Notes under the pieces: model-generated | Seen by the model: only the letters and a program-made list of their open reading frames with translations | Databases searched by the model: none | Told to the model about the DNA's origin: nothing | Made by a program: the position numbers and the translations under genes | From: Anaeromyxobacter sp. | GTDB taxonomy: Bacteria > Myxococcota > Myxococcia > Myxococcales > Anaeromyxobacteraceae | Length of the DNA stretch: 64,000 nucleotides | Assembly: GCA_049840735.1 (NCBI GenBank) | Contig: JASGJN010000022.1 | Location: 512,001-576,000, forward strand | Reading direction: 5' to 3' | Part shown: piece after piece, positions 55,232 through 64,000 of the stretch | Position numbering within the stretch: position 1 is the stretch's first letter | Layout of the letters: each line of letters opens with the position of its first letter

Positions 55232-56959
55232 ATGCCGAACCTGTTCGCGATGTCCTTCGAGGGCGAGCTCGCCCCGGCCTTCGATCTCCGCTGCCTGCAG
55301 CCCGGGCGCACGCTCCCGGACGGCTGGGGCATCGGCTACTACCCGGGGGGCGAGCCCTCCGCCACCGTGCTCAAGGAGCCGGCGCCCCCCAGCGCCTCCA
55401 TCCGCAGCCAGCTGGTGGAGGCCTGGGAGCACCTGGAGTCGTCGCTCTTCGTGCTGCACGTCCGGCGCGCCACCTGGGGCGCGGTGACCGACGCCAACAC
55501 CCAGCCCTTCCAGCGGGCCTGGGGGCGGCGCGACTGGCTCTTCGCGCACGCCGGCTCGCTGCGGATCCGGCCGGAGCTGGAGCGGCACGCCACCTTCGAG
55601 CCGGTGGGCTCCACCGACACCGAGCTCATCTTCTGCGAGCTGATGAACCGGGTGGCCGAGTGCGGCTGGCACTCGCTGGGCGAGGCCGACCTGGACACGC
55701 TGCGCGGCTGGCTGCGCAGCCTGAACGAGCTGGGCGCGCTCACCGCCGTCCTCTCCGACGGGCGCGACCTCTGCGTCTACGCCGACCGCGACGGCGAGGT
55801 CCCCATCTCCTGGTGGGAGGCGGTGCCGCCGTTCGGCGAGCTCACCTTCGCCGACGAGGACCTGGCGGTGGACCTGACCCGCCGCGGCGCCGTCGCGCGG
55901 CGCGGCGTGGTGGTGAGCACCTCGCGCACGGCGGTCACCGGCGACCAGCGGGGCGAGTGGCGCCAGCTGCCGCCGGGCCACCTGCTGGTGATCCGGCAGG
56001 GCACGGTCCGGGCCCACACGGCGCCGGCGCTGGGGTCGTCCCCCAGCCAGCCCTGGACCGCGAAGCGGGCCATGGTGCGGCCGGCCAAGGCCGAGGTGCG
56101 CCGCTTCGACGTGCGCCACCGGACCACCTACCGCTATGCCAAGCCGGTGGAGCGGTCGATGCACCTGTTCCGGCTCTGGCCCTTCCACGACCGGCTGCAG
56201 ACGGTCCTGCGCGAGGACGTGCAGGTCTCGGTGGAGGGCGTGGCGCGCGACCACGAGGACGTCTTCGGCAACCGGGTGCGCCGGCTGCTCATCGACTCGC
56301 CGTACACCGAGCTGGTGATCGAGGCCACCTCGCGGGTGGAGCTGCTCGACACCGACCCGCTCAGCTACCGGCCGCTGCGCGCGCGCACCAGCTTCCCGCT
56401 GGTCTTCATGCCCTGGCACCAGCAGCAGCTGCGCCCGTTCCTCTTGCCGCCGGAGCTGCCGGAGAGCCAGCTCACCGAGCTGGCCGCGTACGCCATGAGC
56501 TTCGTGACGCGGAACGACGGCGACCTGCTCGACACGCTGCTCGACCTGAACCACACCATCTTCCGCGACTACGCCTACGTGCCCGGCGCCACCACGCTGG
56601 GCACCTCCGCCTTCGACCTGTTCACCAGCCGGCGCGGCGTCTGCCAGGACTTCACCAACCTCTTCATCTGCCTGGCGCGCCTGCTGGGCGTGCCGGCGCG
56701 GTACGTCTGCGGCTACATCCACACCCGCCGCGCGGCCGACGCCCGCCAGGCCGACCAGTCCCACGCCTGGGTGCAGGTCTACCTGCCGGAGGTGGGCTGG
56801 AAGGGGTTCGACCCGACCAACGGCCTCTTGACCCAGACCGAGCACGTCCGCGTGGCGGTGGGGCGCAACTACCGCGACGCCACGCCGACCTCGGGCGTCA
56901 TCTACGTGGGCGGGGGCGGGGAGACGCTGGAGGTGGCGGTGGAGATGAAGGAGGTGTGA
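55232..56959 (+). CDS. Class II glutamine-amidotransferase-like domain fused to transglutaminase-like domain
   Basis: DGWGIGYY, LHVRRAT, NTQPF, GSTDTE; then HRTTYRY, GVCQDF, SHAW, FDPTN, GRNYRD. Confidence 0.9.
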   Translation: MPNLFAMSFEGELAPAFDLRCLQPGRTLPDGWGIGYYPGGEPSATVLKEPAPPSASIRSQLVEAWEHLESSLFVLHVRRATWGAVTDANTQPFQRAWGRRDWLFAHAGSLRIRPELERHATFEPVGSTDTELIFCELMNRVAECGWHSLGEADLDTLRGWLRSLNELGALTAVLSDGRDLCVYADRDGEVPISWWEAVPPFGELTFADEDLAVDLTRRGAVARRGVVVSTSRTAVTGDQRGEWRQLPPGHLLVIRQGTVRAHTAPALGSSPSQPWTAKRAMVRPAKAEVRRFDVRHRTTYRYAKPVERSMHLFRLWPFHDRLQTVLREDVQVSVEGVARDHEDVFGNRVRRLLIDSPYTELVIEATSRVELLDTDPLSYRPLRARTSFPLVFMPWHQQQLRPFLLPPELPESQLTELAAYAMSFVTRNDGDLLDTLLDLNHTIFRDYAYVPGATTLGTSAFDLFTSRRGVCQDFTNLFICLARLLGVPARYVCGYIHTRRAADARQADQSHAWVQVYLPEVGWKGFDPTNGLLTQTEHVRVAVGRNYRDATPTSGVIYVGGGGETLEVAVEMKEV

Positions 56960-57021
56960 GCTTCATCCCGGAGTCAGCCGATGGGCGCTGGCGCGCTGAA
57001 GGCCAGAACCCAGCGCCGTCC

Positions 57022-57175
57022 CCGTTCGTCCTGAGCGTAGCGCCCGCGCAGCGGGCGCGGAGTCGAAGGACAGGGGCCCTCGCTGGTCCTCTCGCGGTCC
57101 GCTCTCGTGGTTCGACTCCGGGCCGGCCGGACGGGCCGCCCGGTGCGAGCCCGGCCCTACGCTCACCACGAACGG
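57022..57175. repeat. Two REP-like family A elements (reverse 57022-57071, forward 57107-57175)
   Basis: Invariant TCGACTCC / TACGCTC / GAACGG with different stems, between convergent genes. Confidence 0.85.
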
Positions 57176-57227
57176 AGGGTGAACCTGCGTGGCGCTCCTG
57201 ACGGGCTCCTGCGCCGGCCGGATCGCC

Positions 57228-60200
57228 CTACGCGCTCTTCTCCCGCCGCTTCGCCCCGCCCGCCGGGGTCCCGGCCGGCAGGAGCACCCGGCTCCGGCCG
57301 GCGCTGGTCCGCTCGACGGTGACCTTCACGCCGATGCGCTCGTGCAGCTCGGGGACGTGCGAGATGATCCCGATGGTGCGGCCGGTCTGGCGCAGCCCCT
57401 CCAGCGCGGCCATGGCCTGCTCGAGCGTGTCGCGATCCAGCGTTCCGAACCCCTCGTCGATGAGGAGCGTGCGGGCGTGGGTGGCGCGCGTGGAGAGCGA
57501 GGACAGGCCCAGCGCCAGGGCCAGCGCCACCAGGAAGCTCTCGCCGCCGGAGAGGCCGGCCACGCTCCGCACCTCGTCGCCCAGGTCGCCGTCGCGCACC
57601 TGCAGCTCCAGGTCGGTGCCCGGCACCCGCTGCAGCGTGTAGCGCGGGGAGAGCTGCGACAGGTGGTGGTTGGCGCCGCCCAGCAGCGCGTCGAAGGCCA
57701 GCCCCTGCGCGAAGACGCGGAGCTTCTTGCCGTCCGCCGAGCCGATCAGCTCGTCCAGCTGGCTCCAGCGCGAGGTGACGGCGCGCTTCGCCTCGATGCG
57801 CCCGGCCACCTCGGCCTGCGCGGCCCGGGCGTTCTCGTCCGCCTTGAGCCGCGCCTGCACCTCGCCCAGCGCGGCCCGGGCCGCCTCGAGCGCGGCGGCC
57901 GCCTCGGCCTCGCACGCCTCGGCGGCGGCCGCATCCAGCCGGGGCCGCCCGCGCCCTGCGTGCTCGTCCCCGGCGCGGCGGCGCTCGGCCAGCGTGGCCC
58001 TGGCCCCGTCGCGCGCGCGCTCCAGCTGCGCCAGCGCCGCCCGCTCGGCGGCGATCCAGCCCGCGCCGTGACCCAGCAGCGCGTCCAGCCGGGCGCGGTC
58101 CAGCCCGGCCTCCTCCAGCGCGCGCGTCAGCGCCGCCGCGGCCTCTCCCGCCGCCGCCTCCGCCCGGCCCAGCTCGCCCCGCGCCGCGGCCAGCTCGCCG
58201 TCGGCCTTCTGCAGCGCGCCCTCGGCCGCGCCCGACGCCGCGCGGGCCTCGGCCAGCGCCTGGCGCGCCTGCTCCTCGGCGCCCTGCAGCCGCTGCTCCA
58301 CCTCGTCGGCGGCCTGCCCCTCCAGCAGCGCGCCCCGGGCGGTGCGACAAGCGGCCAGCTCCGCCTGCGCCTGCGCCGCGTCCCGGGCGGCCGCCTCGAG
58401 CGCGGCGGCCTTCTCGCTCGCCGCCTCCTCGGCCGGGCCGCGCCGCGCCACGAGCGCCAGCAGCGCCTGCGCCGCAGCCGCCTGCTCCTGCTCCCGCGCC
58501 GCGTGCGCCGCCGCCCGCTGGGCGCAGTCGGCCGCGAAGGCCTCCGCCTGCAGGCGCGCCCGCTCGCGCCAGCCGCCGCCCAGCGCCGCGAGCGCCGGGG
58601 CCAGGTCGTCCTCCAGCCGGCCGCGCCGCTGCTCCAGGGCCTCGATGGCGGCCGCCTTCTGCCGCGCGGCCCCCTGCGCCTCCTCCGACTCCTTCTCCGC
58701 GGCCCGCGCCCGCTCGGCGTGCTGGTCGCGCGCCGCGCGCGCCAGCTCCAGCGCCTGCCGCGCCCGGTCGGCCAGGTCGCGCCGCGCCAGCGCCGCCCGC
58801 TGGGCCTCGCGCGCCGCCTGCTCCGCCGCGCCCTCCGCGGCCAGCAGCGAGGCCAGCGCGCTGGACGCGCCGGCCGCGTCGGGCGGCGCCTCGTCGAGCC
58901 CCGCGGTCGAATGCAGCCGGGCGTAAGCCTCGGCCGCCTCGCGCCGCGCGCGCTCGGCCAGCGCGCCGGCCTGGTCGGCCGCCGTTCCCTCCGCCTCGGC
59001 CTTGACCCGCTGCTGCGCCGCCTGCTCGCGCGCGCGCCGGGCCTCGGCCACCGCCGCTTCGGCCCGCTCCACCGCGGCGCGCTGGTCCTGCAGCAGCGCC
59101 GCGCCGGGCGCGCCGTGGGCGTACGGGTGCTCGGTGGCGCCGCAGAGCGGGCAGGGCTCGCCCTCGACCAGCGCCGCGCGCCGGTCCTCCAGCCCCAGCG
59201 CCGCCTCGATCCGCCGCAGCGCCTCGTGCGCCTCGGCCCGCCGTCCCTCCGCGGCCTGCTCCTCGGCGCCGGCGCGCGCCTCGAGCGCCGCGGCCCGCCC
59301 GGCCTGGCGCGCCGCCTCGGCCGCCAGCTTGGCCGCCGCGTCCCGCGAGGCCGTGGCCTGCTCCGCCTCGGCCGCCCGCGCGGCCAGCTTCTCCAGCCCC
59401 TGCCGCCGGACCGCGCCGGCCTCCACCGCAGCGCCCATCGCTGCCAGGTCGTCGCCCGCGGCGGCGGCCTGCGCCGCGCGCGCCCCGGCCTCCCGCGCCG
59501 CGAACGCCGCGCCCAGCGGCTCGGCCTCCGTCGCCAGGCTGGTCCAGCGCGCGGCGGCCTGCTCCGCCCTGGCCAGCAGCGCCACCCGCTCGGCGCCGGC
59601 GCGCGCCAGGTCCGCCAGCGCGCCGCGGTGCTCCGCCAGCAGCGCCTCCCAGCGCGCCCAGCCGCTCGCCAGCGGCCGCTCCGCGGCGTGGTCCGCCAGC
59701 CACTGCTCGGCGCCGCGCTGCGCCGCCCGCGCCGCCTTCGCCTCCCGCTCCAGCGCGCCCAGCGCCTGGCGCGCCGACTCCGCCGCCTCGCGCGCCGACT
59801 GCGCGGTCTTCGCGGTCTCGGCCGCGCGCCGCGCCGCCGCCCCGGCCAGCGCGTCCAGGCGGCGGGCCTCGGCCAGCGCCGGCCCGGCCGCCGCGCGCGC
59901 CGCGCGCGCCTGCTGCTCGCGCTGGGCGCCCTGCTGCGCCCGCTGCTGCGCCGCGAGGCCGGCCGTGGCCGCCGCCGTGCGGGCCACCTGCGCCGCCTCC
60001 GCGCGCCGCAGCGCCCCCTCGAGCGCCGCCGCGGCCGCCGCGTCGGCCTGATGGGCCGGGCGGAGCGCCTGCGCCCGCTCCACCGCCGCCAGCGCCTCGC
60101 GCCGCGGACCGGCGTCCGCCAGCGCCGCCTCCGCCGCGCCCACCTGCGCCTCGGCCTGCGCGCCGGCCTGGGCCAGCCGGGCCGCCTCCTGGTGCCAGCG

Positions 60201-60995
60201 CCTGGCGGCGCCCGCCTCGGCAGCGGTGGCCTCGGCCTGCGCCGCTTCCGCCCTGCGCAGGGCCGCCTCGCCCTCGGCCGCGGTCCGCTCCTCCGGCGAG
60301 AGCAGCCGGAACGCGCCGGCCTCGGCCTCGAGCCGCTGCAGCGCCTCGCGCGCCTCCTTGGCGCGCTCGAAGGCGGCGCGCGAGAGGCGGGCGTAGAGGT
60401 CCGTGCCGGTCACCCGCTCCAGGATCAGCGCCCGCTCGTCGGGCCTGGCGGAGAGGAAGGCGGTGAACTCGAACTGCGGCAGCACCACGGCGCGGCGGAA
60501 CTCCTGGAAGGAGTAGCCCAGCCGCTTCTCCACCTCGGCCTGCACCTGCGCCGCGCCGGCCGCCACCCCGTCGCCGGAGTCGAGGTCCCACAGCTGCATC
60601 ACCGCCTTCTGCAGCTTGCCGGTGGCCTTGCCGCGGGCGCGGTTGACGCTCCAGCGGGCGCGGTAGCGGCCGCCGTCCACGCCCTCGAACTCCACCTCGG
60701 CGAAGCCGTCGGCGGTGCCGCGCGAGAGGATGCCGCGCTGGTCGGCGGCGTCGATGCGCTGGTCCTCGTCCTCGTCCGGGCGGCCCACCTTCACACCGCG
60801 TGAGCGCTCGTCCAGCCGCGGGGTCTTGCCGAAGAGCGCCAGGCAGAGCGCGTCCACCAGCGTGCTCTTGCCGGCGCCGGTGGGGCCGGAGATGGAGAAC
60901 AGGCCGGTCTCGCCGATGGGGCCGTCGGCGAGCGGCAGCTCGAAGTGGCCGTAGAGGCTGGCCAGGTTCTTCCCGCGGATGGCCAGGATCCTCAC
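57228..60995 (-). CDS. sbcC: SbcC SMC-like ATPase
   Basis: GKNLASL, GPTGAGKST, PQFEF, zinc hook CPLCG, LSGGESF, IDEGFGTLD, IISH. Confidence 0.96.
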   Translation of the reverse strand: MRILAIRGKNLASLYGHFELPLADGPIGETGLFSISGPTGAGKSTLVDALCLALFGKTPRLDERSRGVKVGRPDEDEDQRIDAADQRGILSRGTADGFAEVEFEGVDGGRYRARWSVNRARGKATGKLQKAVMQLWDLDSGDGVAAGAAQVQAEVEKRLGYSFQEFRRAVVLPQFEFTAFLSARPDERALILERVTGTDLYARLSRAAFERAKEAREALQRLEAEAGAFRLLSPEERTAAEGEAALRRAEAAQAEATAAEAGAARRWHQEAARLAQAGAQAEAQVGAAEAALADAGPRREALAAVERAQALRPAHQADAAAAAALEGALRRAEAAQVARTAAATAGLAAQQRAQQGAQREQQARAARAAAGPALAEARRLDALAGAAARRAAETAKTAQSAREAAESARQALGALEREAKAARAAQRGAEQWLADHAAERPLASGWARWEALLAEHRGALADLARAGAERVALLARAEQAAARWTSLATEAEPLGAAFAAREAGARAAQAAAAGDDLAAMGAAVEAGAVRRQGLEKLAARAAEAEQATASRDAAAKLAAEAARQAGRAAALEARAGAEEQAAEGRRAEAHEALRRIEAALGLEDRRAALVEGEPCPLCGATEHPYAHGAPGAALLQDQRAAVERAEAAVAEARRAREQAAQQRVKAEAEGTAADQAGALAERARREAAEAYARLHSTAGLDEAPPDAAGASSALASLLAAEGAAEQAAREAQRAALARRDLADRARQALELARAARDQHAERARAAEKESEEAQGAARQKAAAIEALEQRRGRLEDDLAPALAALGGGWRERARLQAEAFAADCAQRAAAHAAREQEQAAAAQALLALVARRGPAEEAASEKAAALEAAARDAAQAQAELAACRTARGALLEGQAADEVEQRLQGAEEQARQALAEARAASGAAEGALQKADGELAAARGELGRAEAAAGEAAAALTRALEEAGLDRARLDALLGHGAGWIAAERAALAQLERARDGARATLAERRRAGDEHAGRGRPRLDAAAAEACEAEAAAALEAARAALGEVQARLKADENARAAQAEVAGRIEAKRAVTSRWSQLDELIGSADGKKLRVFAQGLAFDALLGGANHHLSQLSPRYTLQRVPGTDLELQVRDGDLGDEVRSVAGLSGGESFLVALALALGLSSLSTRATHARTLLIDEGFGTLDRDTLEQAMAALEGLRQTGRTIGIISHVPELHERIGVKVTVERTSAGRSRVLLPAGTPAGGAKRREKSA

Positions 60996-62224
60996 GCCGC
61001 CCCCTCCACCTCTTCCAGCAGCCGCCGGAAGAGGCTCGCCAGCTCCGGCTCCGGCGCGCGGCCGAAGTCCTTCTCGTGCTTGCGGAGGAAGACCTCCTCC
61101 GGCGAGAGCTCGGCCAGCGCCCGGGCCTCGACGTCGCCCAGCGCGCGGCCGGTGCCGGGCGTCCCGGTCTTGAGCCGCGCCAGCCGCGCCGCCTTCCCCT
61201 CCAGCAGCTCCTCCAGCCGCTCGCGCAGCGCCGGCTCGGGCTGCTCCAGCGCCACACACACGTCGAGCAGCGGCCGGGGCCCGGCGCCGGGGCCGCGCGC
61301 CGGCAGCGCCTTGACCGCGGCGACCACCTCGCCGAGCGGCGCGGCGCCCTGCTCCGGGATGCGGAGGATGGGGACGGGCCGCGGCGCCTCCAGCGCGCGC
61401 CAGCCGGACAGCGCCTCCCCGTCCAGCTCCACGATCACCACCTGGTGCCGGTAGCGCCGCTCGTCGAGCGCCAGCGGCAGGAGCGAGCCGGAGTAGCGCA
61501 CGTGGTCCCGGCCGCCCACCGGCTGCGCCAGGTGCAGGTGGCCCAGCGCGGCGTAGGCCACGTCGTCCGGGAAGAGGTCGGCGCCCACCGCCGACTGGTT
61601 GCCCGACCAGAGCCGCCGCTCGGAGAGCTCGGAGACCTGCGCGCCGGTCAGGTAGAGGTGGCCCATGGCCAGGAGCGCCTGCCCTGGCGAGCGGCGGGAC
61701 CGCGCCTCGGCCAGCACGCCGTCGTAGAAGCGGCGGGTGGCGGCGGCGATCTCCTCCTCCGTGCCGGCGCCGGTCTCGCCGGCGCGCAGGAACGGGACCG
61801 CCGCCACCCAGGCGGCGACCTGGCCGGCGCGATCGCGCAGCGGCACCACCAGCCGCGAGAGGTCGGGCTCGCCGCCGGCGCGCGGCACGCCGCCCATCAC
61901 GTGCAGCCGCTCCAGGGCGGAGAGGAACGGCTCGGTGGCGTCGAGGCGGGAGGCCGAGTCGTGGTTGCCGCCCACGACCACGACCTGGAGCCACGGGAAG
62001 CGCCGCCAGGCTTCCACGAGGAAGCGGTGCCAGAGCGCCACCGCCTCGGTGGGCGGGTTGGCCGCGTCGAAGACGTCGCCGGCCAGGAGCAGCGCGTCCA
62101 CCCGCTCCTCCTCGATCCGGTCCAGCAGCCAGGCCAGGACGGCGGCGTGCTCAGGCGTGCGGTCGAAGCCGTAGAGCGCATGGCCCAGGTGCCAGTCGGA
62201 GGTGTGGAGGAGGCGGAGGGCCAT
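60992..62224 (-). CDS. sbcD: SbcD nuclease
   Basis: HTSDWHLG, AGDVFD, GNHD, YAALGHLH, RYSGS. Confidence 0.96.
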   Translation of the reverse strand: MALRLLHTSDWHLGHALYGFDRTPEHAAVLAWLLDRIEEERVDALLLAGDVFDAANPPTEAVALWHRFLVEAWRRFPWLQVVVVGGNHDSASRLDATEPFLSALERLHVMGGVPRAGGEPDLSRLVVPLRDRAGQVAAWVAAVPFLRAGETGAGTEEEIAAATRRFYDGVLAEARSRRSPGQALLAMGHLYLTGAQVSELSERRLWSGNQSAVGADLFPDDVAYAALGHLHLAQPVGGRDHVRYSGSLLPLALDERRYRHQVVIVELDGEALSGWRALEAPRPVPILRIPEQGAAPLGEVVAAVKALPARGPGAGPRPLLDVCVALEQPEPALRERLEELLEGKAARLARLKTGTPGTGRALGDVEARALAELSPEEVFLRKHEKDFGRAPEPELASLFRRLLEEVEGAA

Positions 62225-62666
62225 GGAAGGACGGCAGTCTACGCGCCGGTCGGACACTCGCCGGGCGGCCCGCGCGCGCTCCCGTCGTCGGCAGCAAGCT
62301 CTTGAAGATCCAAAGCAAATGAGCGTGCCCGGCACGCTGGAACCGGACGTGCCCGGCACGCGGTCCCCCGCGGCCCCGCGGCACGCGGTCTCCGGAAGCC
62401 TGGGCAGGGCCGGCCAGGGCCGCCGCCAGGGCGGGCGGTCTCCCCGCAGAGGTCCCTGCGAAACCGGAGTTGCCCCTCCCGGGGCCAGTCACGGACGGTG
62501 ACGTCACGTCTCCGTTGCCGGGGGAGGTCTGCGCGTCACGGGTGGGCCCCCGACGATCAAACGCCGCACGGGAATTGCGGGCACGGCACCGGGTTCGGTG
62601 CTAATCACGCCCCTTCCCGTTCGCGCGCAAACGTTGTCGACACGTACTCAGCAGGGTCTCCCGCAC

Positions 62667-63833
62667 ATGAAGACCAAGTCCAAGATCCGGTTGCTCGTCG
62701 CCGTGGGCCTCCTCGTGGTGGTCCTCTTCCTGGTTGGCACCAAGGCCCTGCAGATTGGCTCGATGATCAAGGCAGGCGAGTCCTTCGTCATCCCTCCCGA
62801 GGCGGTCTCGTCCTCCCCGGTCACCGCCGAGCGCTGGGCAGGCACCCGCTCGGCCATCGGGTCGCTCACGGCGGTGCGCGGCGTGACGCTGGGCTCCGAG
62901 GTGGCCGGCATCGTGAAGGACATCTCCTTCGAGTCCGGCTCGGCCGTGCACAAGGGGGCGGTGCTGGTGCGGCTGGACAGCTCGGCCGAGGAGGCGCAGC
63001 TGGACGCGGCCCGGGCCGACGCGACGCTGGCCAAGGTGAACCTCGACCGCGCGAAGCAGCTGCGCGAGGCCAACACCAACTCCCAGGCCGACCTCGACGC
63101 CGCCGAGGCGCGCGCCAAGGCGGCCGCGGCGCAGGTGGCGCAGCTCGAGGCCATGATCGCGAAGAAGGTCATCCGCGCGCCCTTCGACGGGAAGATCTCC
63201 ATCCGGCAGGTGGAGCTGGGCCAGGTGCTCTCCTCCGGCACCCCGGTGGCCTCGCTGCTCTCGGTTTCGCCCATCTACGCGGACTTCTGGCTCCCGCAGC
63301 AGGCGCTGGCCGACCTGAAGGCCGGCCAGAAGGTGCGCCTCCGGACGGACGCCTACCCCGACGCGAACTGGGACGGCGAGGTGTCCACGGTGAACCCGGA
63401 GGTCAACGCCCAGACGCGCAACGTGCTGGTGCGCGCCACCATCCCCAACGCCGACGGCCGCCTGCGGCCGGGCATGTACGCCAACGTCGAGATTGTCTCC
63501 AGCACCATCCGCGACGTGATGGTGGTCCCGGCCACCTCGGTCCTCTACGCGCCCTTCGGCGACTCGGTCTTCACCATCGAGACCAAGCAGGAGGAGGCCA
63601 AGAACGTCCCCGGGCAGCCGCCCGAGCCGCCCAAGGGGGCGCTGGTGGCGCGCCAGGTGTTCGTGCGCCTGGGCGAGCGGCGCGGCGACTTCGTCGAGGT
63701 CCTGAGCGGCGTGAAGCCCGGCCAGAAGGTGGTGAGCGCCGGCGCCTTCAAGCTCAAGAACGGCGTGGCGGTGGCGGTCAACGACACGGCCCCCCTGAAG
63801 CCCTCGCTCACGCCCGCCGCGTCCGACCAGTAA
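62667..63833 (+). CDS. RND efflux periplasmic adaptor subunit
   Basis: N-terminal anchor, GIVKDISF, IRAPFDG, LRPGM, VEVLSGVKPGQKVV. Confidence 0.93.
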   Translation: MKTKSKIRLLVAVGLLVVVLFLVGTKALQIGSMIKAGESFVIPPEAVSSSPVTAERWAGTRSAIGSLTAVRGVTLGSEVAGIVKDISFESGSAVHKGAVLVRLDSSAEEAQLDAARADATLAKVNLDRAKQLREANTNSQADLDAAEARAKAAAAQVAQLEAMIAKKVIRAPFDGKISIRQVELGQVLSSGTPVASLLSVSPIYADFWLPQQALADLKAGQKVRLRTDAYPDANWDGEVSTVNPEVNAQTRNVLVRATIPNADGRLRPGMYANVEIVSSTIRDVMVVPATSVLYAPFGDSVFTIETKQEEAKNVPGQPPEPPKGALVARQVFVRLGERRGDFVEVLSGVKPGQKVVSAGAFKLKNGVAVAVNDTAPLKPSLTPAASDQ

Positions 63834-63854
63834 GCCGAGCGGAGCCAAAAGACC

Positions 63855-64000
63855 ATGCGGTTCACCGATCTCTTCATCCGCCGGCCGGTCATCGCCATCG
63901 TCGTCAACCTGGTGATCGTGATCGCCGGCGTGCAGGCGCTGCGCACGCTCAACGTGCGGCAGTACCCGCGCAGCGAGAACGCGGCCATCACCATCACCAC
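63855..64000 (+). CDS. RND efflux permease, N-terminal fragment (runs off window)
   Basis: MRFTDLFIRRPVIAIVVNLVIVIAG...LNVRQYP. Confidence 0.88.
   Translation, partial: MRFTDLFIRRPVIAIVVNLVIVIAGVQALRTLNVRQYPRSENAAITIT

Noticed and set aside
62491..62601. Palindromes GTGACGTCAC and GCACCG-GGTT-CGGTGC upstream of the RND operon
   Set aside because: Possible operators, but no cognate regulator in the window and no further support

Overview
Very GC-rich (~75% by eye) bacterial chromosomal window whose gene repertoire (Ser/Thr kinases, PilZ-like protein, multi-HAMP MCP, long HNH protein) suggests Myxococcota, probably Anaeromyxobacter-like (inference). In order: small hypothetical + LysR; inositol-monophosphatase/ADP-ribosylglycohydrolase fusion; urea ABC operon urtABCDE with a sigma54 promoter; MCP; ackA-pta-lactate permease; an HNH endonuclease associated with a 41-bp repeat family; PilZ-like, HD hydrolase, SDR, AraC; GT4-GNAT fusion, MBL hydrolase, small proteins, acyltransferase; pullulanase and two M8-like metalloprotease lipoproteins; Gfo/Idh/MocA; S41 peptidase; RppH-like Nudix; a pentapeptide-repeat lipoprotein / kinase-STAND-TPR / OPT transporter / kinase cluster; a five-gene transglutaminase-DUF2126-ATP-grasp-alphaE operon; sbcCD; start of an RND efflux operon. 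Ten copies of a structure-conserved REP-like element occur, one in frame inside a gene and one pair amplified into a tandem array. Six single-base frameshifts look like long-read errors. No rRNA, tRNA, CRISPR array or transposase was found. All family calls rest on motif recognition by eye; no searches were run.
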